From the NCBI GenBank assembly GCA_963713975.1, contig OY970218.1, positions 2,464,001 through 2,528,000 of the forward strand: a stretch of 64,000 bases of DNA. Direction: 5' to 3'. Below are positions 19,610-28,817 of this stretch, one piece after another. A program made the position numbers and the translations under genes. The stretch's first letter is position 1. Each line of letters opens with the position of its first letter. The notes under the pieces are model-generated. The model did no database searches. It was not told where the DNA came from and saw only the letters and a program-made list of their open reading frames with translations. Origin of the DNA: an uncultured Chloroflexia bacterium (lineage in GTDB: Bacteria; Chloroflexota; Limnocylindria; Limnocylindrales; CSP1-4).

Positions 19610-20970
19610 CCGAACAGTGCCTCCACCGCCTCGCGGAACACCTCGGTGTGGCGGTCCACGTCCGCCTCGGTCGTGGCGGGCGACATCAGGGCCATGTTGT
19701 GGAACGGCGTCATCAGCACGCCCCGGTTCATCGCCCAGAGGTGGAGGAACCGCTCCAGCTCCGGATCCCCCGCGGCCGCCTGCTCAGAGCCCGTCCGTGG
19801 CGGCACCGGCAGGAAGTGGTACTCGGCCCGCGCCCCCAGCCTGGTCACGTGCCACGGGACATCGCCAGCCCGCAGGACATCGTTGACGCCCGCCTCGAAC
19901 CGCTCGGCGAGCGGGATCATGCGGGCGAACGCCTCGTCGGTGAGGACCTCGGTCAGTGTCGCCCGGATGGCGGCCAGCGAGAGGGCGTTGCCGGCCAGCG
20001 TTCCGCCGATCCCGCCGACGTCGGAGTCCTCGCGCTCGATGCTGTCGTGGACCCGCTGCGCGACGGCCTCCGTGAACCCGTACGCGGCCGCCGGGATCCC
20101 GCCGCCGATCGTCTTGCCGATCGTCAGGAAGTCCGGCTGCAGGCCGTGGAAACCCGTGTACCCACCGGGTCCGGCGCAGATGGTGTGGGTCTCGTCGTTG
20201 ATGAGCAGGGTGCCGTAGCGGCGGGTGAGCTCTCGTACCGCCTCATGGTAGCCGGGCTCGGGTAGGACGATGCCGACATTTGTCAGGGCGGGCTCGAACA
20301 GTGCCGCCGCCACGTCGCCCTTGGCAAGCTCCCGCTCCAGCCCCTCGAGGTCGTTGATCTCGACGACGCGCGTCGTCTCCGCCAGCGCCACCGGCTTGCC
20401 GATGTTGCCGCGCCGCTCGAGCGCCTCGCCGTCCGGTCCGATGACGGCGAACGTCTCGTCCACGGAGCCGTGGTAGCAGTGGTTGTGGACCAGGATCTTC
20501 GAGCGACCCGTGATGTGCCGCGCGAGCCGGATGACGAACCGGTTCGCGTCGGTGGCGGTGAGGGTGAACTGCCAGTAGCGCAGCCCGAACCGACGCCGCA
20601 GCTCGTCACCGGCGATGGCCGCGTCCTCGGTCGGGAGCATGTGGGTGATCCCGCGGCGCATCTGGCGTTCGACGGCGCGGATCGTCGCCTCGGGTCCGTG
20701 CCCTGCCATCGCGCCGGTGTCGCCCAGGCAGAAGTCCACGTACTCGTGGCCGTCCACGTCCGTGAAGCGCGCGCCGGACGCCTCGTCCACGAACAGCGGG
20801 TAGGGGCCCGCCCACTTGACCATCCAGTTCATCGGGACGCCGTCGAGGAGCGAGCCCTTGGCCCGCTCGAACAGCTCCAGGGAATGCGGGTTGGCGGCTC
20901 CGAAGGCGGCCATCTCGGTTGCCATCAGCCGCTCGAGGCGGGACCGGTCCATCGTCGTGCCGCTGGTCAT
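19606..20970 (-). CDS. Class III aminotransferase (GSA-aminomutase-like)
   Basis: DVDGHEYVDF, YHG, DETHT, PLP lysine in IGKTIGGG, GGTLAGN. Confidence 0.88.
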   Translation of the reverse strand: MTSGTTMDRSRLERLMATEMAAFGAANPHSLELFERAKGSLLDGVPMNWMVKWAGPYPLFVDEASGARFTDVDGHEYVDFCLGDTGAMAGHGPEATIRAVERQMRRGITHMLPTEDAAIAGDELRRRFGLRYWQFTLTATDANRFVIRLARHITGRSKILVHNHCYHGSVDETFAVIGPDGEALERRGNIGKPVALAETTRVVEINDLEGLERELAKGDVAAALFEPALTNVGIVLPEPGYHEAVRELTRRYGTLLINDETHTICAGPGGYTGFHGLQPDFLTIGKTIGGGIPAAAYGFTEAVAQRVHDSIEREDSDVGGIGGTLAGNALSLAAIRATLTEVLTDEAFARMIPLAERFEAGVNDVLRAGDVPWHVTRLGARAEYHFLPVPPRTGSEQAAAGDPELERFLHLWAMNRGVLMTPFHNMALMSPATTEADVDRHTEVFREAVEALFG

Positions 20971-21072
20971 CGTGGGCCTCCTTGCCGGCCGGAGTAGACC
21001 GGTCGCGCAGCTCGTGCCGATGATGATGCCGGGTCGGGACCACCCGCGCGCACCCGTCGCGTGGCGTGGAAG

Positions 21073-21105
21073 CGCCCCGGACCGGGCGTGGGCCGGTCCG
21101 GGGCG
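21073..21105 (-). terminator. Hairpin terminator downstream of the DUF4397 gene
   Basis: 13-bp perfect stem CGCCCCGGACCGG/CCGGTCCGGGGCG with a 7-nt loop. Confidence 0.65.
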
Positions 21106-21130
21106 TGGAATGGGTGGAGGCGGAGGTTGG

Positions 21131-22021
21131 CTAGCGGTCGCGGGCGCCGGCCGTCGCGAAGCGGCGGGAGGCGACCACTCCGGCGATCGCGGCGATGCCT
21201 GCGAGCAGCAGGAGCGGGGCGGTGCCGGAGCCGGTGTCGCCGGCCGGTGCCACGGTGTCGGTCGCGGGCAGGTCGGTCCCGCCGCCGTTGCTGGCGCCGT
21301 TGTCGGAGTCGACGGTCGCGTCGAGCGAGCCGATCGCGAACACGCTGTAGGCCTGGCCGGCCTCGAGGTTCAGGGCGCCGGGATCGAGCGGGCAGACGCT
21401 GGTGTCGGCGGTGGCGCAGACCTTGAGGTCATAGCTGCCGGCATCAAGTGCCAGGTACGCCGTGGCGTCGGGGTAGGCGAGGTTCGAGACGACCGTGGCG
21501 CTGCCGTCCTGGGTCAGGACGTCGACCGCGGGCGTGTCGGCGGAGAGGTGGACGACGCGGGCCTGTGCCTGCTGGTCATTGGCGGCGGGCGCGTCCACGA
21601 AGACGGACGCCTTGATCGAGGCCAGGAGGTCGGAGGCGGCGACCGTGTACTTGGTGTCGGCGGCGAGGTCGAGAGCGGCGACCTCGATCGGGCAGACGGA
21701 GTTGTCGGCCGTGGCGCAGACCTTCACGGCGTAGGTGCCGGCGGGAACCTCGGCATAGTCCGAGATGTCGCCGAACGAGAGGCCGGAGAGGGCGTCCACC
21801 TTGGCGGCGCCGGCAAGGTCCGCGCCGACAAGGACGTCGACCTGGGGCGCGTCGGGTGAGCCGTGCAGGACACGGACCCACGCGCTGCCGGCGGTCGGCG
21901 TGCCGTTGTCGACGGCCACGACGGCCGTCAGGGGGGCGGGTTCGGCGGCGGCGACCGGCGCGGCGGCGCTGAGGAGGAGGGCGCCGGCACCGATGAGGCC
22001 GACGAGGCGGGAGGTTCGCAC
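21131..22021 (-). CDS. DUF4397-domain secreted protein with a C-terminal LPxT-type sorting signal
   Basis: Two VRV(L/V)HxSxDxPxVDV repeats; signal peptide; LPATDT followed by a TM helix and RR tail; AGGAG RBS. Confidence 0.88.
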   Translation of the reverse strand: MRTSRLVGLIGAGALLLSAAAPVAAAEPAPLTAVVAVDNGTPTAGSAWVRVLHGSPDAPQVDVLVGADLAGAAKVDALSGLSFGDISDYAEVPAGTYAVKVCATADNSVCPIEVAALDLAADTKYTVAASDLLASIKASVFVDAPAANDQQAQARVVHLSADTPAVDVLTQDGSATVVSNLAYPDATAYLALDAGSYDLKVCATADTSVCPLDPGALNLEAGQAYSVFAIGSLDATVDSDNGASNGGGTDLPATDTVAPAGDTGSGTAPLLLLAGIAAIAGVVASRRFATAGARDR

Positions 22022-22095
22022 GGGTTGTGGCTCCTGGGCAGGGGGGCTGTCCGGTCGCTCGGGTGACCGTGGGACGTCGTCGTCCTCGCCACCCA

Positions 22096-22125
22096 GTTCG
22101 ACGCTCGTCGGCAGACGGATTGGTC
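22096..22125 (-). promoter_or_regulatory. SigK-like ECF promoter, copy 1
   Basis: GACCAATCC-N16-CGAAC; same motif and spacing as 30454-30483. Confidence 0.6.
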
Positions 22126-22142
22126 CGGGAGGGGAATTCGAA

Positions 22143-22166
22143 CGGCCGACCCTTGCGGGCCGGCCG
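22143..22166 (-). terminator. GCAA-tetraloop hairpin terminator after the small Zn-ribbon gene
   Basis: CGGCCGGCCC-GCAA-GGGTCGGCCG followed by TTCGAATT. Confidence 0.55.
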
Positions 22167-22226
22167 GGATGGCTCGGGCGAGAGGCAGTTGCTCCTGCCG
22201 CGGAGCCTTATGTGGTGGGCGGGCGC

Positions 22227-22415
22227 TCAGCTGAGCTTGCGGGCGTAGCCGCAGATCTCGCAGTGGGCGACGCCGCCGATCTCGTCGATGACGAGAAACG
22301 AGGTGCAGCCGTTGGTGGCGCAGTAGGGGCGGACCGCATTGAAGGATCGACGGCGCATCCGGCGCATCGAGCTGGCGCGATACGCCACGGCATTGGTGGT
22401 GGCGCGGGAGAGCAT
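22227..22415 (-). CDS. Small (62 aa) basic zinc-ribbon-like protein
   Basis: CxxxxC...CxxC (CATNGC, CEICG), Arg-rich N-terminus, AAAGGA RBS, own promoter and terminator. Confidence 0.7.
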   Translation of the reverse strand: MLSRATTNAVAYRASSMRRMRRRSFNAVRPYCATNGCTSFLVIDEIGGVAHCEICGYARKLS

Positions 22416-22583
22416 GTGAAGAGTGGTTCCTTTCCGGGCTCCGCCGTATCGGGGCGGTAGCCTTGTCGCTCCAACGGCCGGACAAACGGAGACCGGAGCG
22501 ACCTGATGTTGGGCCCGGGCGCGGCGACGGTGGCGCGTTGTTGGCGTCGACCTCGCGGCCGCGTGCAATCGGGCGATCTAGAG

Positions 22584-22612
22584 ATGATCGGGTGAACGGG
22601 CGTTCTTGTCAA
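22584..22612 (-). promoter_or_regulatory. Sigma70-type promoter of the Zn-ribbon gene
   Basis: TTGACA-N17-GATCAT, implying a leader of about 160 nt. Confidence 0.55.
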
Positions 22613-22657
22613 CTGCACCGGACCGCACCACCATGCTCCGACCGACCGGCCACCCGC

Positions 22658-22684
22658 GGAACCCTCGGGGCAATGATGCCGTCT
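22658..22684 (+). promoter_or_regulatory. ECF sigma promoter upstream of the META gene
   Basis: GGAACC-N16-CGTCT. Confidence 0.5.
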
Positions 22685-22734
22685 GGAGGGCGGCGGCCGG
22701 AGTGCGGCGCCTGTCAACGCAGCAAGGTGATCCG

Positions 22735-23514
22735 ATGCGAGCAGTCACGATCCCGGCCCTGGCCCTCGCGGCCGCCCTGGTGCTCGCGGCCTGCGGCTCG
22801 GGAGCGGCATCGTCCTCACCGCCGGCCGACGGCATGCCCGCCGACATCGACGGCCGAACGTTCGTATCGACCGCGATCATGGGTCACGATCTCGTGCCGG
22901 GCTCCCAGGTCACGATCCGCTTCGAGGGTGGATCGATCGGCGTGTCAGCCGGCTGCAACTCCATGAGCGGCGCCTACTCGATCGTCGATGGGACGCTCAG
23001 GACCGGCTCGATGGCCACCACGGAGATGGGATGCGAGGAGCCGCTGATGGCCCAGGACGCGTGGCTCGCCGCGTTCCTGCCCGGCGCGGCGATCAAGCTC
23101 GACGGCGACGCCCTGACCCTGTCCAACGGGGACGTCACCCTCACCCTGACCGACAAGGAGGTCGCCACCCCGGACCTGCCGCTCGAGGGCACGCGCTGGG
23201 TCGTGGATGGCCTCGTGACCGGCGATGCCGTCTCCAGCGTGCCGGCCGGCGTGACCGCATCGCTCGTGTTCAGCGATGGGAAGGTCGCCGTCGAGACCGG
23301 CTGCAACAGCGGCGGCGGTGAGGCAGCCATCACGGACACGACCATCGCCTTCGGGCCGATCGCGTTGACCGAGATGGCCTGCGCCGAGCCGCAGATGCAG
23401 GTTGAGGTCCTCGTCACGCAGGTGCTGGCCGGCGAGGCCGACTACGAGATCGATGCGGACGCGCTCCGGCTCACTAACGGCCGCGTCGGCCTCACGTTGC
23501 GCGCCCAGCCCTGA
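22735..23514 (+). CDS. Double META-domain (HslJ-like) lipoprotein
   Basis: Lipobox LAAC; two repeats with GCN...TEMxC; LEGTRW. Confidence 0.88.
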   Translation: MRAVTIPALALAAALVLAACGSGAASSSPPADGMPADIDGRTFVSTAIMGHDLVPGSQVTIRFEGGSIGVSAGCNSMSGAYSIVDGTLRTGSMATTEMGCEEPLMAQDAWLAAFLPGAAIKLDGDALTLSNGDVTLTLTDKEVATPDLPLEGTRWVVDGLVTGDAVSSVPAGVTASLVFSDGKVAVETGCNSGGGEAAITDTTIAFGPIALTEMACAEPQMQVEVLVTQVLAGEADYEIDADALRLTNGRVGLTLRAQP

Positions 23515-23535
23515 TCCCGGGGCGGCGCCCGCCCA

Positions 23536-25098
23536 CTACGCCTCGGGCGGGTACCCCGTGATCCGCCGGATCTCCTCGTACAGCGGCCGCAGCCGCTCGT
23601 ATAGCCGCAGGTAAACGCTGCGGTAGAGGTCCTCGTACAGCGCCTGGCTGGCCGGGTCCGGCTCTCGGGTCTCGGCGACGCGCGTCATGGCCGCGACGGC
23701 CGCCTCGAAGGTCGGGTGCAGCCCCAGGCCCACGGCCGCGTCGATCGCGGCACCCAGGCCCGAGGTCTCGTGCGTGTGCGGGCGCGACGCCGGCAGCCCG
23801 AAGACGTCTGCGGTGAGCTGGATGGCCGCTGGGCTCTGTGACCCGCCACCCGACACGCGGACCTCGGTCACCGGCACCTTCGTCCGGGCGACGGTCCGCT
23901 CCATGCCCTCGCGGAGCGCGTACGCGAGCCCCTCGAGGATCGCCCGATAGAGGTGCGCCCGCGTGTGCACGTCGCCCCAGCCGATGACGGCACCCTTCGC
24001 CTCGGGCCCCGGGACCCGCACGCCCGGCGACCAGTAGGGCTGGAGCATCAGGCCCATCGACCCGGCGGGCGTCTTCGCGACCAGCTCGTCGAACAGGGTC
24101 TCCGTCTCCACGCCCAGCGCGGCCGCACGGCCGACCTCCGCGGCCCCGAACTCCCGCTTGAACCACTCGATCATCCAGTAGCCGCGAGTGACCTGGATCT
24201 CGAGGCTGTAGGCCCCGGGCACGGCGGCGGGGTACGGGGGCACGATGCGGACCACCTCGACATACCGTCGATGGGTCGTGTTGAACGTCGCCGTGGTGCC
24301 CAGCGAGATGGCGCCGATGTGGGGCTCCAGGACGCCCGATCCCAGGACCTCGCACGCCTTGTCGCCGGCCGCGGCGATCAGCGGCAGCCCGGCCGGAATC
24401 CCCGTGGCCTCGGCGGCTGTCACGCTGATCTCGCCGAGGTGCCCGCCGGGCGGCACGAGCTCCGGCAGCCAGCCTCGCTCGACGGGCATCGCCTGCCACT
24501 TCCAGTCGGTCGGCTTCGCCCAGGACAGGCCCTTGTAATCGAACGGGACGTAGCCGACCTGGGCCGCGACGGAGTCCCGGAACTCGCCGGTGAGGCGATG
24601 GACCAGGAACCCCGACAGGAACAGGTAGTGGCGGATCGCCGCCCACGTCTCAGGCTCCTGCCGCCGGATCACGTTGGCCTCGGCCTCGGCCATGAGCGTC
24701 GCGACGGTCTCGGTGGCCCCGGCGGCCTTGAAGGCGAGACCCCACCTGCCGCCGATGCGGGGCAGCCCCTCGGCGCGGCAGCGGTCGAGCCAGACCATCG
24801 CACGTCGTAGCGCGTCACCATGCTCATCTGTTACCACGATGGTCCCGCGCTGGGTGGTGAGCGCCACGCCCGCGAGGGCGTCGCGGCGGCCCTCGGGCAG
24901 CTCCCAGAGTTGGCGGCAGGCGTCGCCGATCGCCCGCCAGTACAGGTCCGGGTCCTGCTCGCAGCAGCCGGGCGGGCCCGGGACGTACGGCTCGATGGGG
25001 ACCTTGGTGCGGGCGAGGAGGTTCCCGGCCGGGTCGAAGACCATCGCCCGGACGCTCTGCGTCCCGACGTCGATCGCCAGGACCCGGTCCGCGGTCAC
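23536..25098 (-). CDS. FGGY-family carbohydrate kinase
   Basis: LAIDVGTQS, EQDPD, AGDK, SLGT, RAILEG and SGGGSQS motifs. Confidence 0.92.
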   Translation of the reverse strand: MTADRVLAIDVGTQSVRAMVFDPAGNLLARTKVPIEPYVPGPPGCCEQDPDLYWRAIGDACRQLWELPEGRRDALAGVALTTQRGTIVVTDEHGDALRRAMVWLDRCRAEGLPRIGGRWGLAFKAAGATETVATLMAEAEANVIRRQEPETWAAIRHYLFLSGFLVHRLTGEFRDSVAAQVGYVPFDYKGLSWAKPTDWKWQAMPVERGWLPELVPPGGHLGEISVTAAEATGIPAGLPLIAAAGDKACEVLGSGVLEPHIGAISLGTTATFNTTHRRYVEVVRIVPPYPAAVPGAYSLEIQVTRGYWMIEWFKREFGAAEVGRAAALGVETETLFDELVAKTPAGSMGLMLQPYWSPGVRVPGPEAKGAVIGWGDVHTRAHLYRAILEGLAYALREGMERTVARTKVPVTEVRVSGGGSQSPAAIQLTADVFGLPASRPHTHETSGLGAAIDAAVGLGLHPTFEAAVAAMTRVAETREPDPASQALYEDLYRSVYLRLYERLRPLYEEIRRITGYPPEA

Positions 25099-26699
25099 GC
25101 GCCGCGCTCGGTGAGCAGCACGCCCGGGTTCATGATGCCCTCGGGGTCGAAGGTGCGGACCACGGCCTCGAGCGCGGCCATGCCCAGCGGCCCCTTCTCC
25201 GCGGCGAGGTACGCGGCGTGGTCGATGCCGACGCCGTGGTGGTGGGTGATGGTCGCCCCCTCGGCCGCGATGGTTGCCGACGCCGCGGCCTTGATCGCGC
25301 GCCAGCGCTCGAGCGTCTCGTCAGGGTCTGCCGCCAGCCGGAACAGGAAGGTCAGGTAGAGGCTCGACCCGGACGGGTACAGGTGCGAGAGGTGGGTGAA
25401 CACGTGGACCCGCTCTCCCCACGGCGCGAGGGCGCCCGCCACGGAGGCCTCCAGACGAGAAAGCAGCGCGGGCACGCGGAACCAGTCGGTGGCCGTCTCG
25501 AGCGTGTCCGAGCCGTAGCCCAGCGTCCACAGGGCGTTGCGCAGGTACGGCGATCGGAAGCGGGTCTTCGACCACGTGTGGGCCAGGGCCGGGATCCGGG
25601 TGCCCCCATGGGAGTGGACGATCGACCGGGCCTCGTCCCGGGCGGCCTTCGCCAGGCGTTTGCGACCCGCGACACCGAGCAGGAGCAAGGACCAGCCGCG
25701 TGGCTGGCGCCGCACCCGCAGGTAGGCCGTGAGGGCCCGGATCTGCGATGAACGATCCGCGAACGCCAGCAGGGTCCGGCTCTCGATCGGCGTTGAGAGT
25801 CGCAGGATGGACAGCGGAACCCTCGCCTGGGCGATGGCGCGGACGGCCTCCTGCCCCGCCTGCCAGCCGGGGAGCGCCCAGGCCTCGAGCTCGTCCACCT
25901 CCGCGACCGGGGTCGTCCTGAGCACCACGTCGGTGAGGATGCCCAGCCGGCCCTCCGAGCCCAGGACCAGCTGGCGCAGGTCCGGGCCGGCCGCGGAGGC
26001 GGGGAACGGCGGCATCTCCAGCGTTCCGGCCGGAGCCTCGAGGATGCCGCCGGCGAAGAGCGGCTCGATGCGGCCGTTGCCGAAGCTGCGCAGGCCCGAG
26101 CCGCGGGCCGCCACCCAGCCGCCGACCGTGGCCAGCTCGAACGACTGGGGCTCGTGGCCAACGGTGAGTCCGCGGTCGCCGAGGTGGGCCGAGAGGTCCG
26201 GCCCGGTGGTTCCAGATCCCACGGTGACGAGGCCGCTCCGCTCGTCCAGGGCGCGCACGCCCGAGAGGCCGGCGAGGTCCACGGTGATGAGCGGGTCTCG
26301 CGACGGCCTGGCCGAGACGCCACCGACCACGCTGGTGCCGCCGCCGTACGGGATCAGGCGGGCGCCGGTGGCCCGTGCATGGTCGATGAGGCGCCGCACG
26401 TCCTCGTTGGACGCGGGTCTGGCGACGGCGTCCGGCACGGCCTCGAGGCGGCCGGATCGCAGGGCGATGAGATCCGGGAATGACTGGCCGCGGGCCCGAC
26501 GCACCCGGAGCTCGGGGTCCGTTCCGAGGAGCCCGTCCACGGGCTCGAGGCGGCTCGGGGGGACGGCGGCCACGACCCCGGCAAGGGTCGCGTCGAGCGG
26601 CCCGGTCGCGGGGCCAAGGCGGTTCTCGAGGAAGCGGCGCGGCGTGACGCCGACGTGGGTGTCGTCCGCCTCGTCGCCCCAGCCGTTCCAGCGCCGCAT
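25095..26699 (-). CDS. FAD-binding oxidoreductase, alkyl-DHAP synthase-like
   Basis: MRRWNGWG start, PYGGGTSVVGG, GHEPQSFE, GSEGRLGI, HLSHLY, ITHHHGVG. Confidence 0.88.
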   Translation of the reverse strand: MRRWNGWGDEADDTHVGVTPRRFLENRLGPATGPLDATLAGVVAAVPPSRLEPVDGLLGTDPELRVRRARGQSFPDLIALRSGRLEAVPDAVARPASNEDVRRLIDHARATGARLIPYGGGTSVVGGVSARPSRDPLITVDLAGLSGVRALDERSGLVTVGSGTTGPDLSAHLGDRGLTVGHEPQSFELATVGGWVAARGSGLRSFGNGRIEPLFAGGILEAPAGTLEMPPFPASAAGPDLRQLVLGSEGRLGILTDVVLRTTPVAEVDELEAWALPGWQAGQEAVRAIAQARVPLSILRLSTPIESRTLLAFADRSSQIRALTAYLRVRRQPRGWSLLLLGVAGRKRLAKAARDEARSIVHSHGGTRIPALAHTWSKTRFRSPYLRNALWTLGYGSDTLETATDWFRVPALLSRLEASVAGALAPWGERVHVFTHLSHLYPSGSSLYLTFLFRLAADPDETLERWRAIKAAASATIAAEGATITHHHGVGIDHAAYLAAEKGPLGMAALEAVVRTFDPEGIMNPGVLLTERGA

Positions 26700-26888
26700 G
26701 CACCCATCGTGCCCCAACGGCCGGCCGCGTGGGCCGCGATCCCGCGCCGCTGGGCCGTCGACCGGCTACGAGCCGGTCGCGCACGGCGGGGGCACGGTTC
26801 GAGCAGGGGAGCGAACCACCATCGCCGTCGCCGTAGTGGTGCCATAGCGGAGCGGCCACGGTGATCGCATCGCGGCCGTAGTGGCACT

Positions 26889-27041
26889 GTGCGGGGCAAG
26901 CCCAAGCACGAACTCTCGCTCGACGGGGCGATCCACCTGGGCGACCTCGAGGTCCTGCGGGAGACGGCCACCCTCTACCGGCTCTCGGGCCTCGAGGCGG
27001 CGGTCATCATCGACGAGGTCCTAGGGATGTGGGCACCTTGA
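26889..27041 (+). pseudogene. Probable C-terminal remnant of a HipA-like toxin
   Basis: My translation GKPKHELSLDGAIHLGDLEVLRETATLYRLSGLEAAVIIDEV resembles HipA C-termini; no kinase motifs upstream. Confidence 0.45.
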
Positions 27042-27322
27042 TCGAGACAGCCCCATCCGCTCGGGACGCCTGGGTTCTGATCTGGCGCGGACTCGCGTAC
27101 CCCAGGCCCCGCCGCATCACCCGCAGTGCTAGCAGGCGGGTATCTCCGCCTCCCCGGCGCAAGAACGGCAGGTATCGACCCGCAGATCACCGTCAGTGAT
27201 GCGGCCGCGCCTATCCCGGCCTTCTGCCCGCGATCGACCGCGCCACCGTCGATTCTGGCGACCTGATAGCACTCCTGGTGATTCGCCGCGGCCCAGGTGG
27301 GGTCGACCTCGCGATCTGGCGG

Positions 27323-28210
27323 TCAGACCAGGGGCCAGGGCAGCGCGGGCCAGCGGGGATCGGGATGGGGGAACACGCCGGCCTCCAGCAGGCGGTCGAT
27401 GCGACGGATTGTCGCCGCCACCTCGATCGGGTCGAGGAGTGCCCGCAGCTCGTCGCCCAGCACGCCGTCCAGGCCCTCGCGCAGCGTCCGGAGCACCGCG
27501 GCCTCCGCCTCGTCGAACGGCTGGCCGCGCCACGCCCACAGGACCGTCCGGAGCTTCGGCACCGGGGAGAACGTGACGCCGTGATCCACGCCGTACACAT
27601 GACCACCCGGTACCGGGATCAGGTGGCCCGCCTTGCGATCGGTGTTGTTCACCGTGACGTCGAAGACGGCGACCGACCGCAGCCGCGCGTCCTCCCCGAC
27701 GACCATCGAGACGGGATCGGCCGCGGGATCGGCCTTGATCCAGAGTTGGAGCATCCCCTCGCCGAACGGTCCGTCGCGCAGGACGGTGGGGGGCACGATG
27801 TCCCAGCCCGATGCCCGCGACACGGCAAACGCCGCGACCTCGCGGCGGGCCAGCGTGTGGTCCGGGAAGTCGCCCAGGGGTTGCTCGCCCATGACGGGCT
27901 TGTAGATGCACGCGGCGACCAGGTCGTCGCCGCCGACACCTCCGCCCGGTCGCGACACGAGGCACAGCATCGCGTTGTTGCTTGAGGCCCAGAGGCGTCC
28001 GACCACGTGGAGCTCGCCGTCGCGCAGGAGCGACAGCGCCACGTCCACCGGCAGCACGGGCATCGGCAGGCCCAGGTCGTCCACCGAGGCCGCCTCCTCG
28101 GCGTCGTCGTCCTCGCCGTCGGCGTCCGCGGGGAGGACCTCCTCGCCTTCGTCGATCTCGGCCTCCATCTCGGCCTGGATCTCGGCGTCGAGCGCGTCAG
28201 GTTCGGTCAC
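27323..28210 (-). CDS. SCO1664-family (PI3/4-kinase-like) protein
   Basis: SSN, YKPxxGExPLxDFP, REVAA, NNTDRKAGH, GVDHGVTF, WPALPWP. Confidence 0.9.
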   Translation of the reverse strand: MTEPDALDAEIQAEMEAEIDEGEEVLPADADGEDDDAEEAASVDDLGLPMPVLPVDVALSLLRDGELHVVGRLWASSNNAMLCLVSRPGGGVGGDDLVAACIYKPVMGEQPLGDFPDHTLARREVAAFAVSRASGWDIVPPTVLRDGPFGEGMLQLWIKADPAADPVSMVVGEDARLRSVAVFDVTVNNTDRKAGHLIPVPGGHVYGVDHGVTFSPVPKLRTVLWAWRGQPFDEAEAAVLRTLREGLDGVLGDELRALLDPIEVAATIRRIDRLLEAGVFPHPDPRWPALPWPLV

Positions 28211-28226
28211 GGAGCCCTGCGATCGG

Positions 28227-28793
28227 TCAGTTCAGGCGGTGGCCGTTGCGACGCGGGCAGAGGTGGCCCTGGGGATCCAGCGGCTGGCCGCACAGCGGGC
28301 ACGGCGGCCGTCCGGAGGCGACCACCCGGACGGCGCGGGCGATGAACTCGCGGGCATAGGCCGGGGTGATCCGGACACGCAGCACGTCGGGGCCTTCCTC
28401 GTCGTCGTCATCGACCTCGACATCCTCGCCCTCATCGTCCTCGTCCTCCTCGGTGAGCTCGAGAGCCTCGAGCAGGATCAGGTCGTCCGCGGTGTCCCAG
28501 CCCAGCGACAGGGTGCCGACACGGAAGGCCTCGTTGATGGGCTCGTCCAGGGCAGCGGTGTCGCCGACGATCCCGGGCTGCTCCTCCGCCCCCTCCACGT
28601 CCCGCCGCTCCAGCTCCTCGAGCAGGTCGCCCAGGCGCTCGGCGAGGACCGCCACCTGAACCTTCTCGATCGATACGGACACGATCCGCGTGCCGTCGCG
28701 GGCCTGGAGGAAGAACGTGCGGGTGCCGGGCGCACCCACTGTTCCGGTGACGAAGCGGTCGGGGGTGTCGAAGAGGTATCGGCGTCGCGGCAT
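28227..28793 (-). CDS. DUF3090-family protein
   Basis: FVTGTVGAPGTRTFFLQA and a C-terminal GRPPCPLCGQPLDPQGHLCPRRNG. Confidence 0.9.
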   Translation of the reverse strand: MPRRRYLFDTPDRFVTGTVGAPGTRTFFLQARDGTRIVSVSIEKVQVAVLAERLGDLLEELERRDVEGAEEQPGIVGDTAALDEPINEAFRVGTLSLGWDTADDLILLEALELTEEDEDDEGEDVEVDDDDEEGPDVLRVRITPAYAREFIARAVRVVASGRPPCPLCGQPLDPQGHLCPRRNGHRLN

Positions 28794-28817
28794 CAGGCGA
28801 GGGTACCGGAACCGCCG

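Noticed and set aside
22121-22145. tRNA-like 3' end on the minus strand (GTTCGAAT...ACCA)
   Set aside because: The T-stem does not pair and there is no D or anticodon arm; the sequence is explained by a terminator tail abutting the ECF promoter
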